From: an uncultured Pirellulaceae bacterium
GTDB lineage: Bacteria; Planctomycetota; Planctomycetia; Pirellulales; Pirellulaceae
DNA: 23,000 bases
Direction of reading: 5' to 3'
Assembly (NCBI GenBank): GCA_964415245.1
Contig: CAYQAJ010000050.1
Coordinates: forward strand, 1-23,000
Within the stretch, counting starts at the first letter, position 1, and every line of letters begins with the position of its first letter. Under the pieces are notes generated by a model that worked only from the letters and a program-made list of their open reading frames with translations, searched no databases and was not told the origin of the DNA. The position numbers were made by a program, and so were the translations under genes. This document shows, piece after piece, positions 15,687-23,000 of this stretch.

Positions 15687-17651
15687 GTGTACCGATTGAT
15701 GCGGGAATGTGTGACCGATCTGGAGCGAGCCGGGCACCTGGTTCGCCTCGACGACGAGGTCGACGCTGACTTGGAGGCCGCCGAAATCCACCGCCGCGTA
15801 TTGCGTTCGGGGGGCCCGGCGGTGCTCTACACGCGCGTCAAGGGTTGCCGCTTTCCTATGGTGTCGAACTTGTTCGGCACGATGGAGCGGGCGCGGTTCC
15901 TGTTCCGCGATTCGCTTGACGATGTAAAGCGGCTGATCGAGCTGAAACTGCATCCGGCGCAAATGTGGCAAAAGCCCTCGCAGTACGCCAAGCTTCCCTT
16001 CACGGCGCTGGCCATGCTTCCCTGGCGGCGCAAGCGCGGGGCGGTACTGGCGCAGGAAACGACGATTAGCCAGTTGCCCCAGGTGCGGGCTTGGCCCGGC
16101 GACGCGGGTGCCTTCATCATGATGGGGCAGGTTTACACCGAAAACGCCGACGAGCCCGGCCTGGCACGCTCGAACCTGGGCATGTATCGCATTCAGATGT
16201 CGGGCGGGCGTTACGAGCGCGACCGCGAGGTGGGGCTGCATTATCAGATTCACCGCGGCATCGGCGTGCATCATGCGGCGGCCGTGCGGCGCGGCGAGCC
16301 GTTTCGCGTGAACATCTTCGTGGGAGGCACGCCGGCCATGTCGCTGGCGGCGGTAATGCCGCTGCCCGAGGGAATGTCGGAATTGGGTTTCGCCGGGGCA
16401 CTGGCGCGGCAGCGGATTCGCATGATCTGCCGCAAGGGCGAGCTGCCGATCTATGCCGATGCCGACTTCTGCATCACCGGCACCGTGATCCACGGAAAGA
16501 TGCTCCCCGAGGGGCCGTTCGGCGACCACCTGGGCTATTACAGCCTCGCGCACAATTTTCCCGTGCTGCGGGTCGAGCACGTCTATCATCGTGACGATGC
16601 GATTTGGCCGTTCACGATTGTGGGCCGCCCGCCGCAGGAAGACACGATATTCGGTCAGTTGATTCACGAGCTGACCGGGCCGGTAATACCCACCGTCGTG
16701 CCAGGCGTGCACGCGGTTCACGCCGTCGACGTAGCGGGAGTGCACCCGCTGATGCTGGCGATCGGCAGCGAGCGATACACGCCGTATGCCGAGGGCAATC
16801 GTCCGCAAGAGCTGCTCACGCAGGCCAACGCGATCCTGGGGCAGGGGCAGATGTCGCTGGCCAAGTACCTGTTCATTGTGAACCGATACGACGACCCGGC
16901 CCTCGACGTGCACGAAGTCGCCGCCGTCCTGGCACACGTGCTGCGCCGCGTCGATTGGCAGCGCGACCTGCACTTTCACACGTGCACCACCATCGACACA
17001 CTCGACTACTCGGGCAGCGGCTTGAACGAGGGGTCGAAGGTGGTGATTGCAGCCGTCGGTCCGCCGCGGCGCGAACTGCCGCGGTCGCTTTCCGGCGAGA
17101 TGACGCTGCCGCCGGGTTTTGAGTACCCTCGGGCTTGCCTGCCGGGCGTGCTGGCCATTGAAGGGCCGGATGCGAGCCGCGCGGAAAGTTTTCCAGGCGC
17201 CGCGACCGTAGCGGAAGGCGCGCCCGGACACGGGGCGGCATCGACACAGGGAAAGGGGCCGACGCCGACCGGCGACACGTGGGAGTGGAAGGCGTCTCCA
17301 TTCGGTGCGTGGGAAGGGGCCGACCCGCGGATCACGGCGTTTTGCAGCGCCTGCCGCGGCGACCACCCCCTCAACCGCTTTCCGTTGGTGGTGATCGTCG
17401 ACGATAGCCAGTTTCTGGCCAACAGTCTGGCCAATTTCCTGTGGGTCACGTTTACTCGCAGCAATCCAGCGGCCGATATCTACGGCGTCGGGTCGTTCGT
17501 CGAGCAGAAGCACTGGGGGTGTAGCGGGTCGCTGGTGATTGACGCGCGGATCAAGCCGCATCACGCCCCGCCGCTGGAGCCCGACTTGGAAACGATGCGC
17601 AAGATCGACGCGCTGGCGTCCCGCGGCGGACCGCTGGCGCGATACTTATGA
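15687..17651 (+). CDS. UbiD-family (prenylated-FMN-dependent) aromatic acid decarboxylase, probably a quinone-biosynthesis decarboxylase, with a Gly/Pro/Ala-rich insertion
   Basis: 654-aa ORF. It has the UbiD hallmark EGPFGDHLGYYS (compare E. coli UbiD EGPFGDHTGYY) plus N-terminal UbiD-like segments. The GTG start at 15687 has SD GAAGGGG; an ATG at 15699 is also possible. The low-complexity insertion spans about 17130-17300. Confidence 0.85.
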   Translation: MYRLMRECVTDLERAGHLVRLDDEVDADLEAAEIHRRVLRSGGPAVLYTRVKGCRFPMVSNLFGTMERARFLFRDSLDDVKRLIELKLHPAQMWQKPSQYAKLPFTALAMLPWRRKRGAVLAQETTISQLPQVRAWPGDAGAFIMMGQVYTENADEPGLARSNLGMYRIQMSGGRYERDREVGLHYQIHRGIGVHHAAAVRRGEPFRVNIFVGGTPAMSLAAVMPLPEGMSELGFAGALARQRIRMICRKGELPIYADADFCITGTVIHGKMLPEGPFGDHLGYYSLAHNFPVLRVEHVYHRDDAIWPFTIVGRPPQEDTIFGQLIHELTGPVIPTVVPGVHAVHAVDVAGVHPLMLAIGSERYTPYAEGNRPQELLTQANAILGQGQMSLAKYLFIVNRYDDPALDVHEVAAVLAHVLRRVDWQRDLHFHTCTTIDTLDYSGSGLNEGSKVVIAAVGPPRRELPRSLSGEMTLPPGFEYPRACLPGVLAIEGPDASRAESFPGAATVAEGAPGHGAASTQGKGPTPTGDTWEWKASPFGAWEGADPRITAFCSACRGDHPLNRFPLVVIVDDSQFLANSLANFLWVTFTRSNPAADIYGVGSFVEQKHWGCSGSLVIDARIKPHHAPPLEPDLETMRKIDALASRGGPLARYL

Positions 17652-17714
17652 TCGTCCTCCGCCCGCGGTAATGTACACCGTCAAACGTGTTCCTCGCTTG
17701 CGGTTTCGCGCTCC

Positions 17715-18812
17715 ATGAAAACCGTCGCAATAGTCACCATCACGTTCGCAATCCTCGCGGCGTCCGACTCCACCGTCGCTCGCGTCGATGCGATTCTCTG
17801 GTGGCTCACCGCCGCGTGGGTGTTCGCCTTCGGCACCTGTGTGGGCAGCTTCATGAATGTGGTGATCTACCGGCTGCCGGCGGGAATGAGCATCGTGCTG
17901 CCTGGGTCGCATTGCCCACAGTGCAAACACGCCATCCGCGTGTACGACAACATTCCGATTCTGAGTTGGCTGGTGCTGCGAGGACGATGCCGCGATTGCG
18001 GCGCGACAATCTCGCCACGTTATGCCGTGATCGAGCTGCTGGCCGGACTCGCGCTGTTGGGACTGTTCCTGGCCGACGTGGCGTTGGGGTGGGGGCTGCC
18101 GTTGGAGACCACGGCAATAGACGGCGCGATGAGCGGGGCCGGGGCAATCAATGCGACGTGGCTGCCGTGGATCGCTTTGGTGTATCACACCCTGGTCCTG
18201 TGCACGCTCCTTTGCGCCGCGGCAATCGAGTGGGATGGCAAGCCGGTGCCGCAAAAGCTGATCGCGCCCGCGCTAGTCGTCGGGCTCGTGGCGCCGATGG
18301 TCGTTCGCGCCTTGCATCCACTTTCCGTCTGGCCGGGTTTCGATGCGTTGCTGGCTGCGCGGCTACCCGAGGGACTTGCGCATGTTCGGGCATCGCTCAT
18401 CACGTCTCTGGCGGGATTCGCGATGGGGGCGGCGCTGGGCTACTTCGCGCCGCTTGCGCAGCGCCCTGCTGTCGCGGCGCGCGTCGATCGCCGCTCGGCC
18501 ATGCTGCTGGCTGGGCTGATTGGCCTCGCGCTGGGGTGGCAAGCGGTGGCTATTGTGGCATCGGTGGCGGCAATGGCGTTTTTGATCATCGCGCTACTGG
18601 GCCGTCCTTTCCCCCGATTCCGCTCGATTCCCGGGTCGGCAGGCCTGACAACGCTCGCCGCGTTGTTCATGATAAACGGTCGGCCCATCGTCGGGCTGCT
18701 GGATCGACGGGGATCAAGTGGGTCGCTGCTGATGCTGGGTGCCGCGATCGGCGTGACGCTGCTGTGTGCGGTGATGGTGCGGGGAGTACGGGCACAGCCA
18801 GTGGGCCACTGA
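17715..18812 (+). CDS. Prepilin-peptidase-like (A24 family N-terminal zinc-ribbon domain) polytopic membrane protein; its catalytic competence is uncertain
   Basis: The N-terminal motifs are [12 protein letters not shown] and CPQC...CRDC. The first-Asp region [15 protein letters not shown] is present, but I find no GGGDVKL-type second Asp box. It has multiple TM segments. Confidence 0.7.
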   Translation: MKTVAIVTITFAILAASDSTVARVDAILWWLTAAWVFAFGTCVGSFMNVVIYRLPAGMSIVLPGSHCPQCKHAIRVYDNIPILSWLVLRGRCRDCGATISPRYAVIELLAGLALLGLFLADVALGWGLPLETTAIDGAMSGAGAINATWLPWIALVYHTLVLCTLLCAAAIEWDGKPVPQKLIAPALVVGLVAPMVVRALHPLSVWPGFDALLAARLPEGLAHVRASLITSLAGFAMGAALGYFAPLAQRPAVAARVDRRSAMLLAGLIGLALGWQAVAIVASVAAMAFLIIALLGRPFPRFRSIPGSAGLTTLAALFMINGRPIVGLLDRRGSSGSLLMLGAAIGVTLLCAVMVRGVRAQPVGH

Positions 18813-18895
18813 CCGCGAATGGCACGCTGACGGCCACTGGCGCACCACGGAGAGTTAGCCGCCACATTCATGTGGCGCTCGGAAGGAGCTCGAAC

Positions 18896-19777
18896 GTGAC
18901 GTCATCATCACGCGAGGACAGCGAGTCGCGCGACGAACGCCGCCGCAACGAAGAACGGGTGCAGGCCATTCTCGCCTCGAAGAGCTACCGGCTGGCCGAA
19001 TGCGACACCGAGTTTTTGCAGCGTTCCGAGCTGCGCCCCGTGCGCGTACAACTCGAGCTGCTCAAGCCCGAGATGGCGCTGACTGAGCACCACGTCAATT
19101 CCACGATCGTGGTGTTCGGCGGCACGCAGATTGTCGAAGGGGCCGAGGCCCAGCGGCGCCTCGAAGTCGCCCGCTCGGCTCTGGCCAAGTCACCGCGCGA
19201 TCTTTCGCGGCAGCGCGCCGTCGGCCGCGCCGAGCGGATTGTCGCCAAGTCGCAGTTCTACGACGAAGCGCGGGCATTCTCGAGACTGGTTTCCTCGCAG
19301 TGCCAGGCGAACGCATGGTGCGACTACGTCGTTGTGACGGGGGGCGGGCCGGGAATCATGGAAGCGGCCAACCGCGGGGCGCACGACGTGGGGGCCAAGT
19401 CGATCGGCCTGAACATCACGCTCCCCGAGGAACAGCTCCCCAATCCCTACGTCACGCCGGAACTCTGCTTCCGCTTTCACTATTTCGCCCTGCGCAAATT
19501 GCACTTTCTGCTGCGGGCACGGGCGCTAATCGTGTTTCCCGGCGGATTCGGCACCTTGGACGAGCTGTTCGACGCGCTCACGTTGCGGCAGACGCATCGC
19601 ATGCAGGCGATTCCCATTGTACTGTACCACCGCGCGTATTGGGATCGCGTGGTCGACCTCCAATTCCTGGCCGACGAAGGGGTCATCGCCGACGCCCATC
19701 TCGACCTGATCGACTACGCGGAGACGCCCGAGGAGGCGTGGGAAATCATTACGCGGTTTCATCAGACATCGCAGTAG
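18896..19777 (+). CDS. LOG-family protein (cytokinin riboside 5'-monophosphate phosphoribohydrolase-like / TIGR00730 Rossmann-fold), long form
   Basis: Motifs are VVTGGGPGIMEAANRGA and PGGFGTLDELFDALT. The GTG start at 18896 has SD AAGGAG 9 nt upstream. A 7-bp inverted repeat GCCACATtcATGTGGC lies at 18861-18876 just upstream. The listed 17687..19777 ORF is an artefactual in-frame fusion through the upstream gene. Confidence 0.8.
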   Translation: MTSSSREDSESRDERRRNEERVQAILASKSYRLAECDTEFLQRSELRPVRVQLELLKPEMALTEHHVNSTIVVFGGTQIVEGAEAQRRLEVARSALAKSPRDLSRQRAVGRAERIVAKSQFYDEARAFSRLVSSQCQANAWCDYVVVTGGGPGIMEAANRGAHDVGAKSIGLNITLPEEQLPNPYVTPELCFRFHYFALRKLHFLLRARALIVFPGGFGTLDELFDALTLRQTHRMQAIPIVLYHRAYWDRVVDLQFLADEGVIADAHLDLIDYAETPEEAWEIITRFHQTSQ

Positions 19778-19791
19778 TATATCTTGCGACG

Positions 19792-19879
19792 TTGTGGCGT
19801 GGTCTCCCGACCGTGCCACGGGAGGAAACCGGGAGACCTTCGACCAGAGGAGTGTCGCGGTCGGGAGACCACGACACAA
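19792..19879. repeat. Copy C of the GGTCTCCCGACCG-type palindromic repeat, ending 3 nt before the SDR start codon
   Basis: TTGTGGCGTGGTCTCCCGACCGtgccacgggaggaaaCCGGGAGACCttcgaccagaggagtgtcgCGGTCGGGAGACCACGACACAA. The 22-bp terminal arms match at 21/22 as inverted complements. An internal CGGGAGACC offers an alternative pairing partner for the 5' arm. Confidence 0.6.
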
Positions 19880-19882
19880 CAT

Positions 19883-20659
19883 GGCATGGCTTCGCTCGAA
19901 AACATCTTCGGTACCGAACATCCCGTGGCGGTGGTCACCGGAAGCGGCGCGGCGCGCGTCGGCAATTGCGTGGCGCGCACGTTGGCGGCGCGCGGATATC
20001 GGTTGGTGGTGCACGCGCGGCGGTCGATCGAAGCGGCCCGCGCCACCGCCGCCGAGCTCACCGCCCAAGGCAGCGAGTCGATCGCGGCTTCCGCCGATCT
20101 TGCCGACGAGAGCAGCGTCGCCGGCATGGTCGAGCAGTCGCTCGCGCACTTCGGCCGCATCGACGTGCTGGTCAACTGCGCAGGCCTGTGGGAGCGCAAG
20201 CCGCTGGAAAAAGTGACGGCCGACGACGTGCGGCGTCACTTCGAGATCAACACGCTGGGCACGTTTTTGTGCTCGCGCCACGTGGGCCTGGCGATGGTTG
20301 CCCAGCCTACCGGCGGAGCCATCGTGAATGTCGGCGATTGGGCCGTCGCGCGTCCGTACCTCGACTACGCCGCGTACTTTCCCTCGAAAGGAGCCATCGG
20401 CGCGATGACCCGCAGCCTGGCCGTCGAGCTGGCCAGCCGCAACCGCCGCATTCGCGTGAATGCCGTACTTCCCGGCCCGGTGATGCTCCCCGCCGACTTG
20501 CCCGAGCCGGAGCGCCGCGCCGCGATCGAGGCCACGCTGCTGAAGCGCGAGGGGAGTCCACAAAACGTCGCCGACGCCGCCGTGATGCTGATTGAGAACG
20601 ACTTTATCACCGGCGTCAGTTTGCCCGTCGACGGCGGCCGCACGATCCAGTCGGAGTAA
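19883..20659 (+). CDS. Short-chain dehydrogenase/reductase (SDR family oxidoreductase)
   Basis: It has the N-terminal Rossmann motif VAVVTGSGAARVG, the catalytic YFPSK (YxxxK) and NAVLPGPV. I choose the ATG at 19883 (MASLENIFGTEHPVAVVTGSG). The listed 19784 start would read through repeat copy C. Confidence 0.9.
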   Translation, partial: GMASLENIFGTEHPVAVVTGSGAARVGNCVARTLAARGYRLVVHARRSIEAARATAAELTAQGSESIAASADLADESSVAGMVEQSLAHFGRIDVLVNCAGLWERKPLEKVTADDVRRHFEINTLGTFLCSRHVGLAMVAQPTGGAIVNVGDWAVARPYLDYAAYFPSKGAIGAMTRSLAVELASRNRRIRVNAVLPGPVMLPADLPEPERRAAIEATLLKREGSPQNVADAAVMLIENDFITGVSLPVDGGRTIQSE

Positions 20660-20811
20660 TGCAAACGCTTGCGCACTCCGCGTGTGCTGTCGGCGTTGGC
20701 CCTGGTCGTACCGACGGTGAAAGCGAGAAATCTGCCTGCCATCCCGGGCGAACGTGAGGTGTTTCACGGTTCCCGTTTTGTAGAGGCATTGCCCTACGTC
20801 GCGCCCCTTCA

Positions 20812-20842
20812 TGCTGGTAGTGCCCCTTGCTTCTGGTAGAAT
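20812..20842 (+). promoter_or_regulatory. Candidate promoter: CTGGTAG direct repeats (19-bp spacing) with a TAGAAT -10-like hexamer about 100 nt upstream of the TlpA-like gene
   Basis: atgCTGGTAGtgccccttgcttCTGGTAGAATgg. It shares the GGTAGAATG core with the 7538-7546 element. Confidence 0.3.
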
Positions 20843-20942
20843 GGTTTTCCGGTGAACATGGGCTTGCCGTCGTTCGAGCCGCGGCGCGGTTTGGTTCGAT
20901 GTGCCCTTCGGCTTCGGAGCAATCAAGAAAGGAAACGGTGGA

Positions 20943-22106
20943 ATGATGACATTCGATCCAAGAGCTTGGCGCAAGTTGGCGCTTGTGGCGGCGGCGTGTT
21001 TGCTGTTGCCGACCTTTGCCGTCCGCGCCGACGACGAAAAACCGGCCAAGGAACCGGCGGCCAAGGAGCCGGCGGCCGAGGAATCTGCCGACAAGCCGGC
21101 CGACGCGCCCGAGGACCGGTACCAAGTGCCGGAGACCAAAGACGTCGCCGAACTGGTGAAGTTCATCGACGGGCTTAAGGCGTTCCGCGCCCGTACCGCG
21201 GAGGAGTTCTACGCGCACCGCGCGAAGGCACCCGCGGCCATCCAAGCAGCAGCCGAGCGGATTCTCGAACTCGAAAAAGACAACACGGACTCGGATGCGT
21301 ACAAGAAGGCCAGCCTGTACCTGCTTGAGTCCCAGGTGGATTCGGTTGGCGAGGCGACGCCCGCCAAACAGCGCGAGCTGCTCGATGAAGTTCTCGCGCA
21401 GTTGAACGGCCGCGAGCTGACCGTCGACGACTTGCGACTGGGCGTGAATCTGGCCCGCGGAGTCGAAGGCTCGAAGAACTATGCGCTGGCGGCCGAGGTG
21501 TACACGCAGTTCGGCGCTTTGTTCGCCGACCATAGCGAGGAGCGGCTGGCAAATTACGCCCAAAAACTCACCGGCTCCGCCCGGCGGATGGGGCTCGCCG
21601 GCGGCGGCGCGATCGAGATCAAGGGCAAGCTGGTCGACGGCTCCGACTTCGATTGGGCCCCCTACAAAGGCAAGGTGGTGCTGGTCGACTATTGGGCCAC
21701 GTGGTGCGGCCCCTGCATCGCGGAGTTGCCCAACGTGCTCAAGCAGTACGAGCTGTATCACGACAAGGGATTCGAAGTGGTCGGCATCAGTCTCGACAGC
21801 GATCGCGAGAAGCTGACCAAGTTCGTCGAGGAACGGGCCATTCCCTGGGTTCAGCTCTTCGAGGACGGCGCCGGCTGGGAGCACTCGATGGCTAACTACT
21901 ACGGCGTCATGAGCATTCCCACGGTGATCCTGGTCGATCAAATGGGCACGGTCGTCTCGATGAATGCCCGCGGCCCGGAGCTGGCCAAGCAACTCGAAGA
22001 ATTGTTGGGCCCGCCACCGGCAGCGAAGGACGCGACGGACAGCGCCGAAAAGGAAAAGCCGGCCGACAAAGCGCCCGGCGACGCGGCATCCGACAAGAAG
22101 GAGTAG
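20943..22106 (+). CDS. Secreted TlpA-like thiol-disulfide oxidoreductase (thioredoxin fold, WCGPC) with an N-terminal helical domain and acidic low-complexity tails
   Basis: ATG at 20943 (MMTFDPRAWRKLALVAAACLLLPTFAVRADDE) with SD AGGAAA upstream. The thioredoxin motif is YWATWCGPCIAELP and the TlpA/AhpC-TSA-like core is VVGISLDSDREKLTKFVEERAIPW. Confidence 0.85.
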   Translation: MMTFDPRAWRKLALVAAACLLLPTFAVRADDEKPAKEPAAKEPAAEESADKPADAPEDRYQVPETKDVAELVKFIDGLKAFRARTAEEFYAHRAKAPAAIQAAAERILELEKDNTDSDAYKKASLYLLESQVDSVGEATPAKQRELLDEVLAQLNGRELTVDDLRLGVNLARGVEGSKNYALAAEVYTQFGALFADHSEERLANYAQKLTGSARRMGLAGGGAIEIKGKLVDGSDFDWAPYKGKVVLVDYWATWCGPCIAELPNVLKQYELYHDKGFEVVGISLDSDREKLTKFVEERAIPWVQLFEDGAGWEHSMANYYGVMSIPTVILVDQMGTVVSMNARGPELAKQLEELLGPPPAAKDATDSAEKEKPADKAPGDAASDKKE

Positions 22107-22144
22107 CGCTGCGGCTTCCCATGTGCTCGTTGTTTTGTTTTCCA

Positions 22145-22176
22145 AGCCCACCGATTGCCATCGGTGGGCTTTTTTC
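22145..22176 (+). terminator. Rho-independent terminator (11-bp stem AGCCCACCGAT / ATCGGTGGGCT, loop TGCC, then T6)
   Basis: Read directly from the sequence, 39 nt downstream of the TlpA-like stop: aagcccaccgattgccatcggtgggcttttttcg. Confidence 0.75.
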
Positions 22177-22284
22177 GTTGGCCGTCGCGTCGGCGCCCCC
22201 AGCCGCCCTTGGCCTTGGACTTCCCAGGGATCGCGGTTTTCGGGGATGCCCGCCATGGCCGTTTCACCTACAATGACAGCGCGG

Positions 22285-22298
22285 GGAAAGCGCTTTCC
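22285..22298. promoter_or_regulatory. Perfect 14-bp palindrome GGAAAGCGCTTTCC between a TACAAT -10-like hexamer (22269-22274) and the downstream lipoprotein gene
   Basis: Read directly from the sequence; candidate operator site. Confidence 0.3.
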
Positions 22299-22368
22299 GT
22301 CAAGTCGCAACGTCCGTCGGGCGTGGGCCAACGCAGGCCAGCACGACTCTCTTTATGAGGAACGATTT

Positions 22369-23000
22369 ATGACGCGGGCAACCGCGGGCCGTGCACCGGC
22401 CCTATTCTCCTTTATCGCCCTGGCAGCCGTCACAACATTGCCGGCGCTTGTGGGCTGCAACAACGACAGCGGCAGCGTCGTGACCGCCGAGTCGAGCAAG
22501 TACCGCGCGGCCGATGGATCGGGCGCTTCCGGCGGCGACGAATCAAGCAAGTCGGGCACCGCGACGGACGATCCGTCGTCGAACAAGACGGCGGACGGCG
22601 GAACGACCGGCGCCGGCCGGAGCGGCCAGGACGACCCCGGCGATGGCAGGGCTACGCCCGACTCCGCCTCTACTGACACGCCCCCTAGCAAGCCTCCCAC
22701 GCAGCCGGGCAATGTCGGCGATCCGATTACCGTCCCCGATGGTATGCCCGACGAGCTGCTCAAATTCATTACGATGCTGCAGAAAAGCCAGCCGCGGGGA
22801 GCTACCCGCGACCAGCAGCGGGCCGACTACATCGAGATGCAAGAGGCGATCGTTACCGCGGCCGATCGCATCATGGCGTCCGAGGCCGACGACGCAACAC
22901 GCAATCGGGCCGCCCATTCCAAGCTCGATGCGTTGAGAACTCTGATCGAGCTCGAAGTGCCGGGCGTCAACGGGCGCATTGCTGACTTCTGCGCGGTGCT
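22369..23000 (+). CDS. Partial (3' end beyond the window) lipoprotein, paralogous in its central domain to the N-terminal domain of the upstream TlpA-like protein
   Basis: My own translation from ATG 22369 (SD GAGGA 7 nt upstream) gives MTRATAGRAPALFSFIALAAVTTLPALVGCNNDSG... with lipobox LVGC and no stop to the end of the window. The segment VPDGMPDELLKFITMLQKS...ADRIMASEADD...LIELEVPG aligns with VPETKDVAELVKFIDGLKAF...AERILELEKDN...LLESQVDSVG of the 20943 gene. It is absent from the ORF track because it has no stop in the window. Confidence 0.7.
   Translation, partial: MTRATAGRAPALFSFIALAAVTTLPALVGCNNDSGSVVTAESSKYRAADGSGASGGDESSKSGTATDDPSSNKTADGGTTGAGRSGQDDPGDGRATPDSASTDTPPSKPPTQPGNVGDPITVPDGMPDELLKFITMLQKSQPRGATRDQQRADYIEMQEAIVTAADRIMASEADDATRNRAAHSKLDALRTLIELEVPGVNGRIADFCAV

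Noticed and set aside
15648-17564. 638-aa minus-strand ORF overlapping the UbiD-family gene
   Set aside because: The + frame carries the EGPFGDHxGYY UbiD hallmark. The antisense frame is an Arg-rich artefact.
19526-22331. 546-aa and 571-aa minus-strand ORFs overlapping the SDR and TlpA-like genes
   Set aside because: The + frames have YxxxK/Rossmann and WCGPC motifs with RBSs and a downstream intrinsic terminator. The antisense frames have no features.

Overview
This is a GC-rich (~65%) bacterial chromosomal segment. Its gene content suggests, but does not prove, a Planctomycetota-like origin: a DUF1080/LamG-like secreted protein, a PbH1 beta-helix protein, an HDOD protein, an ExeA-like ATPase and many secreted or lipoproteins. 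I call about 20 protein-coding genes. Most are housekeeping or envelope genes: rsmE, pepA (M17 aminopeptidase), a UbiD-family decarboxylase, a LOG-family protein, an SDR, a flotillin/NfeD operon and a TlpA-like thioredoxin with a downstream paralogous lipoprotein. I found no rRNA, tRNA, CRISPR array, transposase or integrase. The high GC content produces many long antisense ORFs, which I treat as spurious.

Features worth a second look, listed here and detailed in findings:
- A family of about 80-105 bp palindromic intergenic repeats built on the motif GGTCTCCCGACCG and its complement, present in three copies. One copy abuts a start codon and can form mutually exclusive hairpins. Another carries an 18-bp tandem duplication.
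- Two translationally coupled genes of unknown function with their own TATAAT promoter. They sit behind a 13-bp inverted repeat made of GCTGAAA-type heptamers.
- A truncated DsbB/BdbC-like gene remnant carrying the CPLCQYQR motif.
- An unusual AAA+ ATPase with an acidic N-terminus and a winged-helix-like domain, divergent from the HDOD gene.
- A prepilin-peptidase-like membrane protein that seems to lack the second catalytic Asp motif, placed between ubiD and the LOG gene.
- Several promoter and operator-like palindromes sharing a GGTAGAATG core.

I cannot confidently name a complete novel multi-gene system; the candidates above are flagged with their uncertainties.
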